Virus record (IMG/VR): IMGVR_UViG_3300031949_000005
Coordinates: 103,641-167,640 of that record
Length of the DNA stretch: 64,000 nucleotides
Strand: one strand, 5' to 3'
Origin: a virus
This document shows, one piece after another, positions 1 to 10,298 of the stretch; position 1 is the stretch's first letter, and each line of letters starts with the position of its first letter. The notes below the pieces were generated by a model, which was not told where the DNA came from, ran no database searches, and was given only the letters and a program-made list of their open reading frames with translations. The position numbers and the translations under genes are program-made.

Positions 1-2
1 CT

Positions 3-338
3 CGTAGGGATATTTTCCTAGCTAGTGATAATCCAGAATCTGGACCACTTGCTGGTATTTATGGTGTAAGACTTCATCCATTTACAGAATTAGGCGTTGA
101 TCAGGAATTTCAAAACTATTTTGATTCTCTTAGTGTTAGTATGGGCGCATCAGATGAAGAAATAGTTGTTGGTCTTGATCTTCAGGAAAATGATTCGTTT
201 GTAATGCCAGTAAAAGAACAATTGACTATTTTCGAGGATCCGGCTTTACACAGGCGCAGAAAGGCAGGCTTCTACGCCTGGCAGGAACATGGATTCGCTG
301 TTTTGGACCCGAGACGGGTACTTTTGGGGTCTTTCTAG
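3..338 (+). CDS. Probable major capsid protein, C-terminal fragment (gene starts before the window)
   Basis: The frame is open from nt 3 (RRDIFLASDNPESGPLAGIYGVRLHPFTELGVDQEFQ...FEDPALHRRRKAGFYAWQEHGFAVLDPRRVLLGSF*). The C-terminus resembles capsid proteins of large uncultured phages. A terminator and neck/tail genes follow. Confidence 0.65.
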   Translation, partial: RRDIFLASDNPESGPLAGIYGVRLHPFTELGVDQEFQNYFDSLSVSMGASDEEIVVGLDLQENDSFVMPVKEQLTIFEDPALHRRRKAGFYAWQEHGFAVLDPRRVLLGSF

Positions 339-362
339 GAACCTTTTAAAACTAATGAAAAC

Positions 363-388
363 GGGGAGATGAAAATTCTCCCTTTTTT
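363..388 (+). terminator. Rho-independent terminator after the capsid gene
   Basis: GGGAGA-tgaaaat-TCTCCC stem-loop followed by TTTTTT. Confidence 0.75.
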
Positions 389-420
389 CTTATAAAAAAA
401 TAAAAAACTCCATAGGATGA

Positions 421-429
421 GTGTATAAT
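421..429 (+). promoter_or_regulatory. GTGTATAAT phage promoter motif
   Basis: Recurrent intergenic motif; upstream of AGGAGG and the ORF at 465. Confidence 0.65.
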
Positions 430-464
430 ACTATACGAGGAATTCTTTAGAAGGAGGATTATGG

Positions 465-1733
465 ATGAGATTTGATGATCGAGAAATGAAGAAAATAATT
501 TGTCTTTATGTAGATGAAAATAAATCTGCGCTCGAAATATCTAAAATAATGAAATGTGCTTGTCAAACTATTATAACATATTTAGGAAAATATAAAATAG
601 AGATTAAAAATAGTGGTTATTGGCATAAAAAAGTTGAATTAGATGATATAAAAAGGGATTATTTTGACAATAATATGACTTTGGCACAAATAGGCAAAAA
701 ATATAATATTGGTACAGGGTCTCTTTGTGATAGATTTAAAAAGGCTGGCATTAAATTAAGAGATAGACAAGAAGAATCTTTTAGGGTCTTACATAAAATT
801 CCATTATCGGAGCATGAAAAAATTTGTAAATTATATTTAGATGATGAGACACAAAATTGTGGCAAAATAGCTAAAATCTATAGTGTTTTTAGAGGAACCA
901 TAGCTAATATATTGAGAAAAAATGGTATAGAAATTCAAAAGAATAAAAGGACAAGAAATCCTGCCTGGAAGGGAGGAGTGACTTTGTTACATGACAGAAT
1001 AAGGAATTGCGACAAGGCTAATTTTTGGAAAAGGGCTTGCATAGAAAGAGATGAGTATAAATGTCAGATAAATGGCGATAACAAGAATTTAAACGTACAT
1101 CATTATCCAAATAAATTTGCCGATATTTTTAAGGATTTTTTAAGATCAAATTCTAGTTTAAGACCTATCGAGGATTGTGATAAATTATTTGAATTATCTC
1201 AAGCCTATGAAGCGTTCTGGGATATTAATAATGGGGTCACGGTATCGGAAAATATGCATAAAAAATTACATATGAAAAAGGGTATAACAGACGAAGAAAT
1301 AGTTTCTTTACATAACCAAGGGTGGTCTTGTAGGAAAATTTCCAAACATTTTGGCAAATCGGACAGCTTTGCTCTTGCTAGGCTAAGATCAATCGGATTA
1401 GACAGAAGAGATATTTCATTTTATAATAAACAAAGAACAAATATTACCGAGGATATCGAAAGTGGTGTTGTTAAGGATTATATGGATGGGGATAAAGTAA
1501 GAAATATTAAGAATAAATATGGCGTTAGTGCTAGTCAATTATATAAAATATTAGAAAGACACAATATCGAACCGGGGAAGAGGGGTAAAAGAGATCAAAG
1601 AAGTGATGCTTCAAAGAATAATGAGCGCGTTATTAAATTATACGAAAGTGGTGTAACGACAGAAGAGTTGTCAAAGATTTATAATGTTAGCAATACGACA
1701 ATAAGAAATATACTTAAAATATCGTCTATATAA
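465..1733 (+). CDS. Homing endonuclease-like protein: multiple HTH repeats around an HNH-type domain
   Basis: NPAWKGG...RDEYKCQ...LNVHH...WDINNGVTV...HKKLH core; repeated short helix-turn-helix units; AGGAGG RBS. Confidence 0.75.
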   Translation: MRFDDREMKKIICLYVDENKSALEISKIMKCACQTIITYLGKYKIEIKNSGYWHKKVELDDIKRDYFDNNMTLAQIGKKYNIGTGSLCDRFKKAGIKLRDRQEESFRVLHKIPLSEHEKICKLYLDDETQNCGKIAKIYSVFRGTIANILRKNGIEIQKNKRTRNPAWKGGVTLLHDRIRNCDKANFWKRACIERDEYKCQINGDNKNLNVHHYPNKFADIFKDFLRSNSSLRPIEDCDKLFELSQAYEAFWDINNGVTVSENMHKKLHMKKGITDEEIVSLHNQGWSCRKISKHFGKSDSFALARLRSIGLDRRDISFYNKQRTNITEDIESGVVKDYMDGDKVRNIKNKYGVSASQLYKILERHNIEPGKRGKRDQRSDASKNNERVIKLYESGVTTEELSKIYNVSNTTIRNILKISSI

Positions 1734-1738
1734 TTATT

Positions 1739-1747
1739 GTGTATAAT
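1739..1747 (+). promoter_or_regulatory. GTGTATAAT promoter motif, probable leaderless start
   Basis: TATAAT ends 5 nt before the GTG start at 1753; no SD. Confidence 0.6.
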
Positions 1748-1752
1748 GATTA

Positions 1753-2133
1753 GTGAAAAGTATTCAAAAACGAGTTTGTGACTTATATATTAAAGAATAT
1801 TTATCTTGTTCTGATATATCATCTCAACTTAATATTTGTCAAGCCACGGTTTATAATATATTAAAAAATAATAATATAATCCTTAGAGACAAATCTACCG
1901 CAAATAAAATATTTTCTGACGATCTATTAATTAAGCTATACAACATTGGTTTGTCCTGCTCACAAATAGGAAAAGTATTAGGTATTCATCCCAGTACTGT
2001 TGTTAAAAGATTTCAAAAATGTGATTTTCCACTTAGAAATAAAAACCTCTCGCATCAAATTAAATATTCAGAAGATGAATTCAATAAATACTTTATGTGT
2101 TCTAGCTTTATGGATCTTATTAAACAAGGGTAA
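1753..2133 (+). CDS. Small tandem-HTH DNA-binding protein
   Basis: Two repeats, LSCSDISSQLNICQATVYNIL and LSCSQIGKVLGIHPSTVVKRF. Confidence 0.65.
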   Translation: MKSIQKRVCDLYIKEYLSCSDISSQLNICQATVYNILKNNNIILRDKSTANKIFSDDLLIKLYNIGLSCSQIGKVLGIHPSTVVKRFQKCDFPLRNKNLSHQIKYSEDEFNKYFMCSSFMDLIKQG

Positions 2134-2136
2134 TAT

Positions 2137-5100
2137 ATGAGCGCTTCTGGTATATTAAGAGAAAATAACGTAATATTTTATCATCCATTAGATGATTTTA
2201 CAGAATACACACAAAATCAAACATGGACTGGTTCTGGAATGTTTGTTCCAGCTAAAATAATTAATGGTATAGCTGGTGTATTTTCTCCGAATATAACATG
2301 GGAATCAGAGGTCGAATTTTTCTCTTCGGATGGTGCTATAGAACCAGTAATTGCTAGATTGAATGATACCCAAGTTGTTGTTGTTTACAGAGATGGTGGT
2401 AATTTAATAAGTTCTAGAACATGGGCGCATGTCGGAACCATTACTGGTGATACAATAGTATGGGCAAGTGGATATGAAGTAATATCTAGTTTTGGTGCTG
2501 GTCTTGTTACATTAAATGCTGTATGTAGAGTTGCAGATGATAAATTTGCAATAGCTTTTAAAGATCCTTTATTTAGCGACCAACAACAAGCTGTTATTGC
2601 ATCTATTAGTGGAACAACTATCTCGTTCGGTACACCAGTATCATTTCAAACATTAAATAATAGCAATTTTGATATAACTTCTCCAGATGAAAGTCATATT
2701 GTTGTTGTATATCAAACTGCTACAAGTGGTAGCGCTGGTAATTCTAGGATTGGAAGTATAAGTGGTACTTCCCTTACTTTTGAAACTATAACTAATTTTC
2801 GAGAAGATGGTATTTCTAATGTTTTTGTCGAAAGATTAGATGATACACATGTAGTTGCTGCATATAGAGATACTAATCCAGATGGTGCTGGTTCTGTTGT
2901 TGTCGGTGCTATAAGTGGTACAACCATAACATGGGGATCTGGCATACAATTTGTCGCCAATACTCTTCAATCTTTTAGTGTCCTACCACTTGGTTCTACG
3001 AAATTTGGTATTATATGGACAGATGCTGGCACACAACTTAATGCTAAAGTTGGTGAAGTAAGTGGAACAACAATATCTCTTGGCAGTATAGCTACTCTTG
3101 CCGATGGAATAACATTAGCATTTTTAAGAGCACATGAAATAGATAGTGATCACTTTATTTGTGCTTTTCCTAATGCGAGTAATTCTAATAGACCTACCGT
3201 TAGTATAGGGTCATTAACAACTAGTGGTACAATAAGTTTTGGAGATATTTCTCTTGTAACCACTAATAGTGTGGTACATACAGATATTGTTACAACCGAT
3301 GGACATAAAGTTGTTATAGTTTACGAGGATACAACCGACTCAAACCATGGTACAGCTAATGTTGGTGCATTATTCGTTAGTGCGAATATAGTAGCTACTA
3401 GCGGAGGAGCTTATCCATCCGTAAGTGGATATGATAGAATAGTTCTTGGTGGGTGGTCTAAAAATCTATCCCATAATGATACAGAAGTAACAGTAAGTAA
3501 AGGTTATAGTGTTGGTATAGCTTCTGGTAGTATTTCATTAGGTAGTGGTGTATGGAATGGTTCTGGATTAGTAGATTTCTTGACATCTATAAACGATGGA
3601 AGTGGCCATTTATTTGTATTAGATTTTCATAATGACACTGGCGATGATTGGATACTTAATACATCTCTTGATGGAAGTGGTTTTATAAATCATGGGGTTC
3701 AATCATCCGGATCACAACCAATAATATTAGTAGAATCTGGTGTTCAATTAATAGCTATAAATAATGCTATGAATCACTGGATAGACGAATTAGTATTATG
3801 GGGTGGAGAACAAGATAATTTTTCAGATTTTAGTACCCATGAACTTAGAAGATTATTCAGATTAGCAGATTTCGCTGGTTTGACTATGCCCCTGTATTCT
3901 ACATTCGGTGAACCCATTAATGATAATACTACTTTATTTTTAACAGCACACGACATAACATCAGATAATATAACTTTATTTTCTCGGGGTATAGAAATTT
4001 CAACAGATGAGATAATATTATATCTTCGTGGTCCATTTTTCTTACCAGATGTTAGTGGTGTTATTTATTATCAACCGAATGACACCGATGACACAGAATT
4101 CACCAAACAAATACAATGGACTAATGATAATGTTTCATATATTCCATTAATAATTGATCAGGGCAATTTTGTTCAAACTTCTGGTAGATTATATAGTCCG
4201 AGTGGGAATTATTCATCACCAGATCAATACACTAATTTAACGGCATTATCATGGGTATCTGGAGTGAGATTTGATAATACGGAAATACAATTAGGATGGA
4301 TTGATAATAATTCTATATTGATTAATATTAGCGGAGTTAGTGGAGTCATACTAGGATTTTATGCATCTGGTATTAGATATGAGTTTCTATCACAATTTTT
4401 ACTTAATTTTGAGCCTACATTATTTGTAGCAAGAATAGAACAAGATGGGGCTAATTCAACAGGATATTTAAGTGTTGATGGTAATAGTTTTATACAAATG
4501 GGTCAAGTCTCTTCTGCACAATGGGATAATAGTGGACCAAATATAGGTAATAAATATATACAGTTATTATCGAGCGGTATGGCTGCCGACGAAACAACAT
4601 TATGGGGCAATATAGATCAATTCACATCATTAGAGCTTGTACAATTTTATGTTCTTGGAAGTGGGTTACAGTTACCATTAAATTATTATACCGATATTTT
4701 GGGATCTGGACTTCCGGTTAATAATAACATAGAACTATATATACAGGGTCCACTTCCGATAGATGAGTCAATAGACTTATATGTTCAAGGTCCGATTCCT
4801 ATTAACGATAATATAAATCTACATATTCATGGTTTTGATGATTTTAACGATAACTTCATATTAGTTGAAACTGGTCATGAAAGCTTTAACAATAGTATAA
4901 CATTGAATATTCACGGAATTACTAATAGATTAGTATCTATATATTGGACTGATCCAGGTAGTAATAAAATACAAAGATCGAATTCAAATGGTTCTAAAAT
5001 AGAAGATATAATAGATACAGATCTTATTACTCCACTGGGTATAGATATTGATTCTTCTAGTAGAAAGATTTATTGGTTGGATGATGGTATTTCCAAATTA

Positions 5101-6072
5101 CAAAGATCTAACCTTGATGGTACTTCTATACAAGATTTAGTGGTTAGTGGAATTAGTGGTTCAATTGGAATAGCTATAGATAGAACTATTAATAAGATAT
5201 ATTGGACCGACGATACTTCTAATGTTATTAAAAGATCAGATTTTAATGGCAGTAATGTTGAAACTATTGTATCTGGTTTAGAAAATGCTGTTAGTATAGC
5301 CATAGACACAATTAATGATAAAGTATATATTACCAATGGACCATCTGGTCTAGGGAGTGGTTTGATATCTCGTTTTGATCCAGATGGTTCTAATATTGAA
5401 ATAGTTATTTCTGGTCTGAATTCTCCGAGGGGTATAGACGTAAACAGTAGAGATGATCAAGTATTTTGGATTGATGATAATGGCAATTCCATTCATCGTG
5501 CAAATTCTAGTGGTATATTAGAACAAATATTAGTATCTGGCTTGACTGATGCAACAGAATTATCTCTTGATATAAATAATGGTAAATTATATTGGATTGA
5601 TCAAACCGAAGCCATAATTCGTAGAATGAATTTTAATGGCACGAATATAGAAGATATAATCACTAGTGGTCTTGTGTCGCCATATGGTATAGTCGTTAAT
5701 CAAAGAGAATCTATTGTTGATTTATCGGTAGAAATAGACATATTTATAAAAAGTTCTGATCATTTCCCGCAATTACTTGGTGTATTTAGTGATTCTGTAG
5801 TGTCGGTAACGATAGAGGTTTGGGATTTAATAGATGGTGCTAATATATTAGTAATCTTAGTTGATGATATTTGTCAACAAATAGGTGACACAGGAAGATG
5901 GTTCTGGTCAACGATTAATCTGCCGCCACATAGATTTGGTATTCAACAATATATGTACAAAATGAGTGCTGATAATGGAGAAGAATTTATAGCTGAGTTT
6001 TTCATTAAAAGCGCCGGGGTTAATATTCTTCAACACCCCTCGGATAGATCGAAATATATTTTAGGAGGTTAA
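2137..6072 (+). CDS. Large mosaic virion fibre/adhesin: LamG-like domains, 7-repeat propeller, 14-aa repeats, YWTD propeller, C-terminal module
   Basis: Seven ~50-aa repeats (VVVxYxD...GxISGTTIxFG); six YWTD-type blades (IYWTD, IYWLD, IYWTD, VYITN, VFWID, LYWID); IDELVLW and ADETTLW LamG-like ends. Confidence 0.7.
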   Translation: MSASGILRENNVIFYHPLDDFTEYTQNQTWTGSGMFVPAKIINGIAGVFSPNITWESEVEFFSSDGAIEPVIARLNDTQVVVVYRDGGNLISSRTWAHVGTITGDTIVWASGYEVISSFGAGLVTLNAVCRVADDKFAIAFKDPLFSDQQQAVIASISGTTISFGTPVSFQTLNNSNFDITSPDESHIVVVYQTATSGSAGNSRIGSISGTSLTFETITNFREDGISNVFVERLDDTHVVAAYRDTNPDGAGSVVVGAISGTTITWGSGIQFVANTLQSFSVLPLGSTKFGIIWTDAGTQLNAKVGEVSGTTISLGSIATLADGITLAFLRAHEIDSDHFICAFPNASNSNRPTVSIGSLTTSGTISFGDISLVTTNSVVHTDIVTTDGHKVVIVYEDTTDSNHGTANVGALFVSANIVATSGGAYPSVSGYDRIVLGGWSKNLSHNDTEVTVSKGYSVGIASGSISLGSGVWNGSGLVDFLTSINDGSGHLFVLDFHNDTGDDWILNTSLDGSGFINHGVQSSGSQPIILVESGVQLIAINNAMNHWIDELVLWGGEQDNFSDFSTHELRRLFRLADFAGLTMPLYSTFGEPINDNTTLFLTAHDITSDNITLFSRGIEISTDEIILYLRGPFFLPDVSGVIYYQPNDTDDTEFTKQIQWTNDNVSYIPLIIDQGNFVQTSGRLYSPSGNYSSPDQYTNLTALSWVSGVRFDNTEIQLGWIDNNSILINISGVSGVILGFYASGIRYEFLSQFLLNFEPTLFVARIEQDGANSTGYLSVDGNSFIQMGQVSSAQWDNSGPNIGNKYIQLLSSGMAADETTLWGNIDQFTSLELVQFYVLGSGLQLPLNYYTDILGSGLPVNNNIELYIQGPLPIDESIDLYVQGPIPINDNINLHIHGFDDFNDNFILVETGHESFNNSITLNIHGITNRLVSIYWTDPGSNKIQRSNSNGSKIEDIIDTDLITPLGIDIDSSSRKIYWLDDGISKLQRSNLDGTSIQDLVVSGISGSIGIAIDRTINKIYWTDDTSNVIKRSDFNGSNVETIVSGLENAVSIAIDTINDKVYITNGPSGLGSGLISRFDPDGSNIEIVISGLNSPRGIDVNSRDDQVFWIDDNGNSIHRANSSGILEQILVSGLTDATELSLDINNGKLYWIDQTEAIIRRMNFNGTNIEDIITSGLVSPYGIVVNQRESIVDLSVEIDIFIKSSDHFPQLLGVFSDSVVSVTIEVWDLIDGANILVILVDDICQQIGDTGRWFWSTINLPPHRFGIQQYMYKMSADNGEEFIAEFFIKSAGVNILQHPSDRSKYILGG

Positions 6073-6073
6073 A

Positions 6074-6409
6074 ATGGCTATACGCGAATATGATTATTTA
6101 CCGGATTCTCCAATATCTATAATCGGAGAATTAACTACGGGACAAACAGTTACTATTGAAGTTTGGCAAGATGGAGTTGCTGTGGTTTTAACAAGCGACG
6201 TATGTTCTGAAATAGACGCAACAGGAAAGTATAGTTGGTCCACCATTAATTTACCTGTCTTGCCAACCGATAGAGCGCAATATCACTGGAGAATGGATGA
6301 TGGTGCTGGTAATACTGTTGAAGATGATTTTATTTTACAATCTATAGAATCTACAGACGGCAAAATGCCTAGTTTAAGAGATCCAGATTCATATATTTTA
6401 CAAATATAA
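6074..6409 (+). CDS. Small virion protein, paralog of the C-terminal domain of 2137..6072
   Basis: Shared VTIEVW...C..I..TG...WSTINLP...QY...M...YIL pattern; GGAGG RBS. Confidence 0.65.
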   Translation: MAIREYDYLPDSPISIIGELTTGQTVTIEVWQDGVAVVLTSDVCSEIDATGKYSWSTINLPVLPTDRAQYHWRMDDGAGNTVEDDFILQSIESTDGKMPSLRDPDSYILQI

Positions 6410-6418
6410 GGAGCCTAT

Positions 6419-6955
6419 ATGTGGCAAACAGATTTAACTTTAATGCTTAGAATCTTAATTGATGATTTAAATACTCCACAAAAAAATACGGATGCTTATT
6501 TATATCAGGTATTGATATTAGCAGGAATATTGGCTAATAATGAAATTGATTTTTCTCTAGATTATATATTTGATATAAGTAATGTTACTATTTCACCAGA
6601 TCCCATAACTAATAATGATAATATTTTCCAAGCATTAATTCCGCTGAAAGCCGCATGTATATTAAACCAAGGTAATTTTCAAAAAGCGATAGGCCAGGGA
6701 ATTAAAGTACGTGATGGGGACAGTTCCGTGGATACAACTGCTAGTTTTGGAGGTTATAGAGATATACTTGAATTAGGTCCATGTAGTGCTTATGATAAAT
6801 TAAAAAAACAAATACTTATAGCCGATGGTGCTTCTTTTTATGGGGCGGTTTTGTCTCCATTCAGAGGGCCTAATGATACACCGATAGATACATTGGCTTG
6901 GTATTATGATAATATTTCTCAATATTTTTGTAATCCGAGACAAAGAAATTTTTAA
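6419..6955 (+). CDS. Putative head-tail adaptor/neck protein
   Basis: Lies between capsid and tail genes; helical LRILIDD...TISPDP...LKAAC pattern; AGGAG RBS. Confidence 0.5.
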   Translation: MWQTDLTLMLRILIDDLNTPQKNTDAYLYQVLILAGILANNEIDFSLDYIFDISNVTISPDPITNNDNIFQALIPLKAACILNQGNFQKAIGQGIKVRDGDSSVDTTASFGGYRDILELGPCSAYDKLKKQILIADGASFYGAVLSPFRGPNDTPIDTLAWYYDNISQYFCNPRQRNF

Positions 6956-6968
6956 TTAGGAGATATGT

Positions 6969-7589
6969 ATGGCAAATACAAAATTGAGTGCATTGTCAGA
7001 GGCTATAGCGGCGTCGGGTATTGATGAACTCTATATAAATGAAAGTGGAGTATCAAAAAAAATTACGGGATTTCAATTAGCAAATTTTATTAATTCTAGT
7101 GGAATAATAAAATCTCTTTCTAGCGATGCGCCAGGTAATTCTTCGTCGAGTATGGTCAAGGTTTCTGGAATAGATGTTAGTGGAATTGGTCCTGGCACAT
7201 ATATTTTTCAATATTATATTAGTGCCCAATCTGCGCATATTTCTAACAGCATGAAATTTTCTGTTAACCACACCGGGACAACTACTCTTTTTATGTATAA
7301 CTTATTTTTTACACATCCCGCTGTTATAAACAATAACGTTGAATTGGATCAAGAATATAACGCAACAACAGGAGCAATCTGGGCAGTACAATCAACTAGA
7401 ATTAAAAATACAACACTAGGGCCACAAACTGCTGTTGATACAGCTAATGCTAGTCTTTTATATTATATTCATGGTATTATTATTGTTACAGAGACAGGTG
7501 TACTAGAATTATACCAAGGTTCTGAAGATAATGGTATTAACACAATTGTTGAACAAGGAACAACATTGATTCTTACGAAAGTTAGATAA
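6969..7589 (+). CDS. Short fibre-like virion protein, paralog 1 of 3
   Basis: MANTKLSAL..A.AASG.DE...NESGVSKK N-terminus shared with 8857 and 9583. Confidence 0.6.
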   Translation: MANTKLSALSEAIAASGIDELYINESGVSKKITGFQLANFINSSGIIKSLSSDAPGNSSSSMVKVSGIDVSGIGPGTYIFQYYISAQSAHISNSMKFSVNHTGTTTLFMYNLFFTHPAVINNNVELDQEYNATTGAIWAVQSTRIKNTTLGPQTAVDTANASLLYYIHGIIIVTETGVLELYQGSEDNGINTIVEQGTTLILTKVR

Positions 7590-8842
7590 TGATTGGAATA
7601 CTTCTTTTAGAAAGTAGTTTAGTAGATGGTCTACTTCTAGAAAATGTTAACGAGGTCTTATTCCTTGAATCATTTTCTTCCGATAATTTTATCAATTTAT
7701 TTATTCATTCAAGCCATACAATGGAATCTTTGGATTTATTTATAAAGGTTCCAGAACCAATTAATCAATCATTAGAATTTTTTATTAATGGATTTGATAT
7801 TAAATCAAATAACATTACTTTGTTTATTGATGGACATATTTCTAATACACAAAATATAAATTTATTTATAAATGGTAAGAATGTTTTTAATAATGATATT
7901 ATATTATTTATTAGTACTTTTAATATAGACGCTAATATGATGGATCTTTTCATATCTGGTCCAATACGAATTACAGATAATGTTTCACTATTTATTAACG
8001 GGATGGATTTACAGAATGATAATATAAATCTTTTTATTCATGGTAATAATAATTTCAATAATAATATTAATTTGTTGATTAACGGGCTTAATAATAATAA
8101 CAAATCGCTAGAACTTTTTATTTATGGGTTTGATATTAAACCAAATAATATTATTTTGTATGTTAATGGACATGTTGATAATTCAAGTAATATAATACTC
8201 GTAATTAACCCTCATGCTGTGATAGATGATAATATAACTTTATTTATACGACCACCACAAGAAGCATCATCTATTAGTTTAATAATTAATGGAATTATTC
8301 CAATTCTTCCATTATCTTGCCCGATATTAGATCCAAATTCAACAATACAAATACCTTCTACTCTTATAACTATATATCAATCTTATATTGATTCTCTTAT
8401 AAACCAATTGGGTAAACACGTTCTACTAGAATTTGATTCTGTGTTAACACCTTGTCCTAACTGTGAATTTGATTTAATTAACCAAAGATCAAGAGGAATT
8501 TATATTTCTGGTGGACCCATATCATTTTCAAGAGGTAGTCAATGTCCATATTGTAAGGGGAATGGTTTGCTAGAAACAAAATCAGAAAAATGTATTATTG
8601 CTTTAACCAAATGGAGTCCAAAAGAAATTAATGATTTTAATATTTCTGTTAATAATGATAAAGCTATTGTTAGATTAAAAGCATTTTTATCAGAATCAGA
8701 TAATTTAATAAGAGCTAAAACAGCCATAATAGAATATGACCAAAGATCGTTAGTTGTTATGAGGGCTAGGATGATTCGTGGAATTGTTCCAATAGGCTTA
8801 AGAGATGATAGATATTGTACGAGTTATTGGGAATTGATTTAA
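7589..8842 (+). CDS. Virion protein with ~15 x 14-aa repeats and a C-terminal CxxC...CxxC (neck/head-closure-like) domain, paralog A
   Basis: LLLE leader, xxDNIxLFIxG repeats, CPNC...CPYCKG domain ending YCTSYWELI. Confidence 0.65.
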   Translation: MIGILLLESSLVDGLLLENVNEVLFLESFSSDNFINLFIHSSHTMESLDLFIKVPEPINQSLEFFINGFDIKSNNITLFIDGHISNTQNINLFINGKNVFNNDIILFISTFNIDANMMDLFISGPIRITDNVSLFINGMDLQNDNINLFIHGNNNFNNNINLLINGLNNNNKSLELFIYGFDIKPNNIILYVNGHVDNSSNIILVINPHAVIDDNITLFIRPPQEASSISLIINGIIPILPLSCPILDPNSTIQIPSTLITIYQSYIDSLINQLGKHVLLEFDSVLTPCPNCEFDLINQRSRGIYISGGPISFSRGSQCPYCKGNGLLETKSEKCIIALTKWSPKEINDFNISVNNDKAIVRLKAFLSESDNLIRAKTAIIEYDQRSLVVMRARMIRGIVPIGLRDDRYCTSYWELI

Positions 8843-8856
8843 ATTAGGAGATTGGT

Positions 8857-9573
8857 ATGGCGGATATTAAGATTAGTGCATTAACTCAGGTTCCGGCAGC
8901 ATCTGGTTTAGACGAGTTGGCCGTTAATGAATCTGGGGTTTCAAAAAAGGTAAATATAACACAGCTTGCAACTTTTTTAAATACTTCACCAGATTTTACC
9001 GGCGTACCGACCGCACCAACTGCCTCGGCAGGGACAAATACTACACAAATTGCAACAACAGCCTTCGCTCAATCTGGTGGTCCCGTAAGTGTTAAATTTC
9101 TTAATGCGGACGAAACACCCAATGCTCAAACTGCAATGGTTAGAGTGTCTGGGATGGATGTATCTGGAGTTGCTTCTGGTACTTATGTTTTTGAATATTA
9201 TATTGTTGCCCAGGCTGCTGGTACGACACAAAGTTTTAAATTTGCTGTTAACCATACTGGAACAACTACTGTATTTATATATAATCTTTATTTTCCAAGT
9301 GCGGGTGTTACTGCTGCTACTGGAGCAATAGATCAAGATAATAATCCTACTACTGGATCGGTATGGGCTTTTCATGCTACTAGAACCAAAAATGCAACAC
9401 TTGGACCACAAACAGGTGTTGATACCTTAAATGCCAATATTATGCTTCGTGTTACCGGAATGATGATAGTTACAGTATCTGGAACACTAGAATTGTATGA
9501 AGGATGTGAACTTGGGGGAATTAATACAACAATAAAAGCTGGAACTTGTTTAATTCTTACTAAAACCGGATAG
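8857..9573 (+). CDS. Short fibre-like virion protein, paralog 2 of 3
   Basis: Contains the phage tail-fibre motif SPDFTGVPTAPTASAGTNTTQIATTAF. Confidence 0.65.
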   Translation: MADIKISALTQVPAASGLDELAVNESGVSKKVNITQLATFLNTSPDFTGVPTAPTASAGTNTTQIATTAFAQSGGPVSVKFLNADETPNAQTAMVRVSGMDVSGVASGTYVFEYYIVAQAAGTTQSFKFAVNHTGTTTVFIYNLYFPSAGVTAATGAIDQDNNPTTGSVWAFHATRTKNATLGPQTGVDTLNANIMLRVTGMMIVTVSGTLELYEGCELGGINTTIKAGTCLILTKTG

Positions 9574-9582
9574 GAGATCCAT

Positions 9583-10296
9583 ATGGCGGATAAAAAGATA
9601 AGCGAATTAACACAAGTTGTGGCCGCATCAGGCTTGGACGAATTTGCTGTTAGTCAATCTGGAGTTTCAAACAAGGAAACATTAACACAAATTGCTACCT
9701 TTAGAAATACTTCGCCAGTTTTTACAGGTATACCAACTGCTCCAACGGCGGCATCTGGCACAAATACTACACAAATAGCCACAACTGCATTTATTCAATC
9801 TGGTTGTAATGTTAGGGTTATATCTCTTTCCTCTAACGAGGTTGCAACTAGTGAAACCGGAGGGATTCTAGTATCTGGTTTATTAGTATTCCCAGAAGTA
9901 GGAAACTATATTTTTGAATATTATATTTGTGGTCAAGTTTCGGATACAACAACAACCTTCAAATTCTCCGTGGGTCATAGTGGTGGAAGTATTTCTGCAT
10001 GTAATTTCTATTTTCCAAATGCTGGTACAAATACAACCAATGGTTTTGTTAATCAAGAACTTAATCAGACGACTGGTCAAATTTGGGCCTTTAATGCCGC
10101 GAGATCAGGCGGTATTATATTAGGACCACACGATAGTAATAATGCTATTAATGTTAATGTTATGTATCGTATTACCGGAATTGTAAACATCACAGATTCA
10201 TCCTTTTTCTTAAGATTAACTCATGGGTCAGAGGTAGCTGGATTAAGCGTACAAATAATGGCTGGTAGTTCTTTAGTTCTTACTAAAGTTGGATAA
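9583..10296 (+). CDS. Short fibre-like virion protein, paralog 3 of 3
   Basis: SPVFTGIPTAPTAASGTNTTQIATTAF motif; same N- and C-termini as 8857. Confidence 0.65.
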   Translation: MADKKISELTQVVAASGLDEFAVSQSGVSNKETLTQIATFRNTSPVFTGIPTAPTAASGTNTTQIATTAFIQSGCNVRVISLSSNEVATSETGGILVSGLLVFPEVGNYIFEYYICGQVSDTTTTFKFSVGHSGGSISACNFYFPNAGTNTTNGFVNQELNQTTGQIWAFNAARSGGIILGPHDSNNAINVNVMYRITGIVNITDSSFFLRLTHGSEVAGLSVQIMAGSSLVLTKVG

Positions 10297-10298
10297 TA

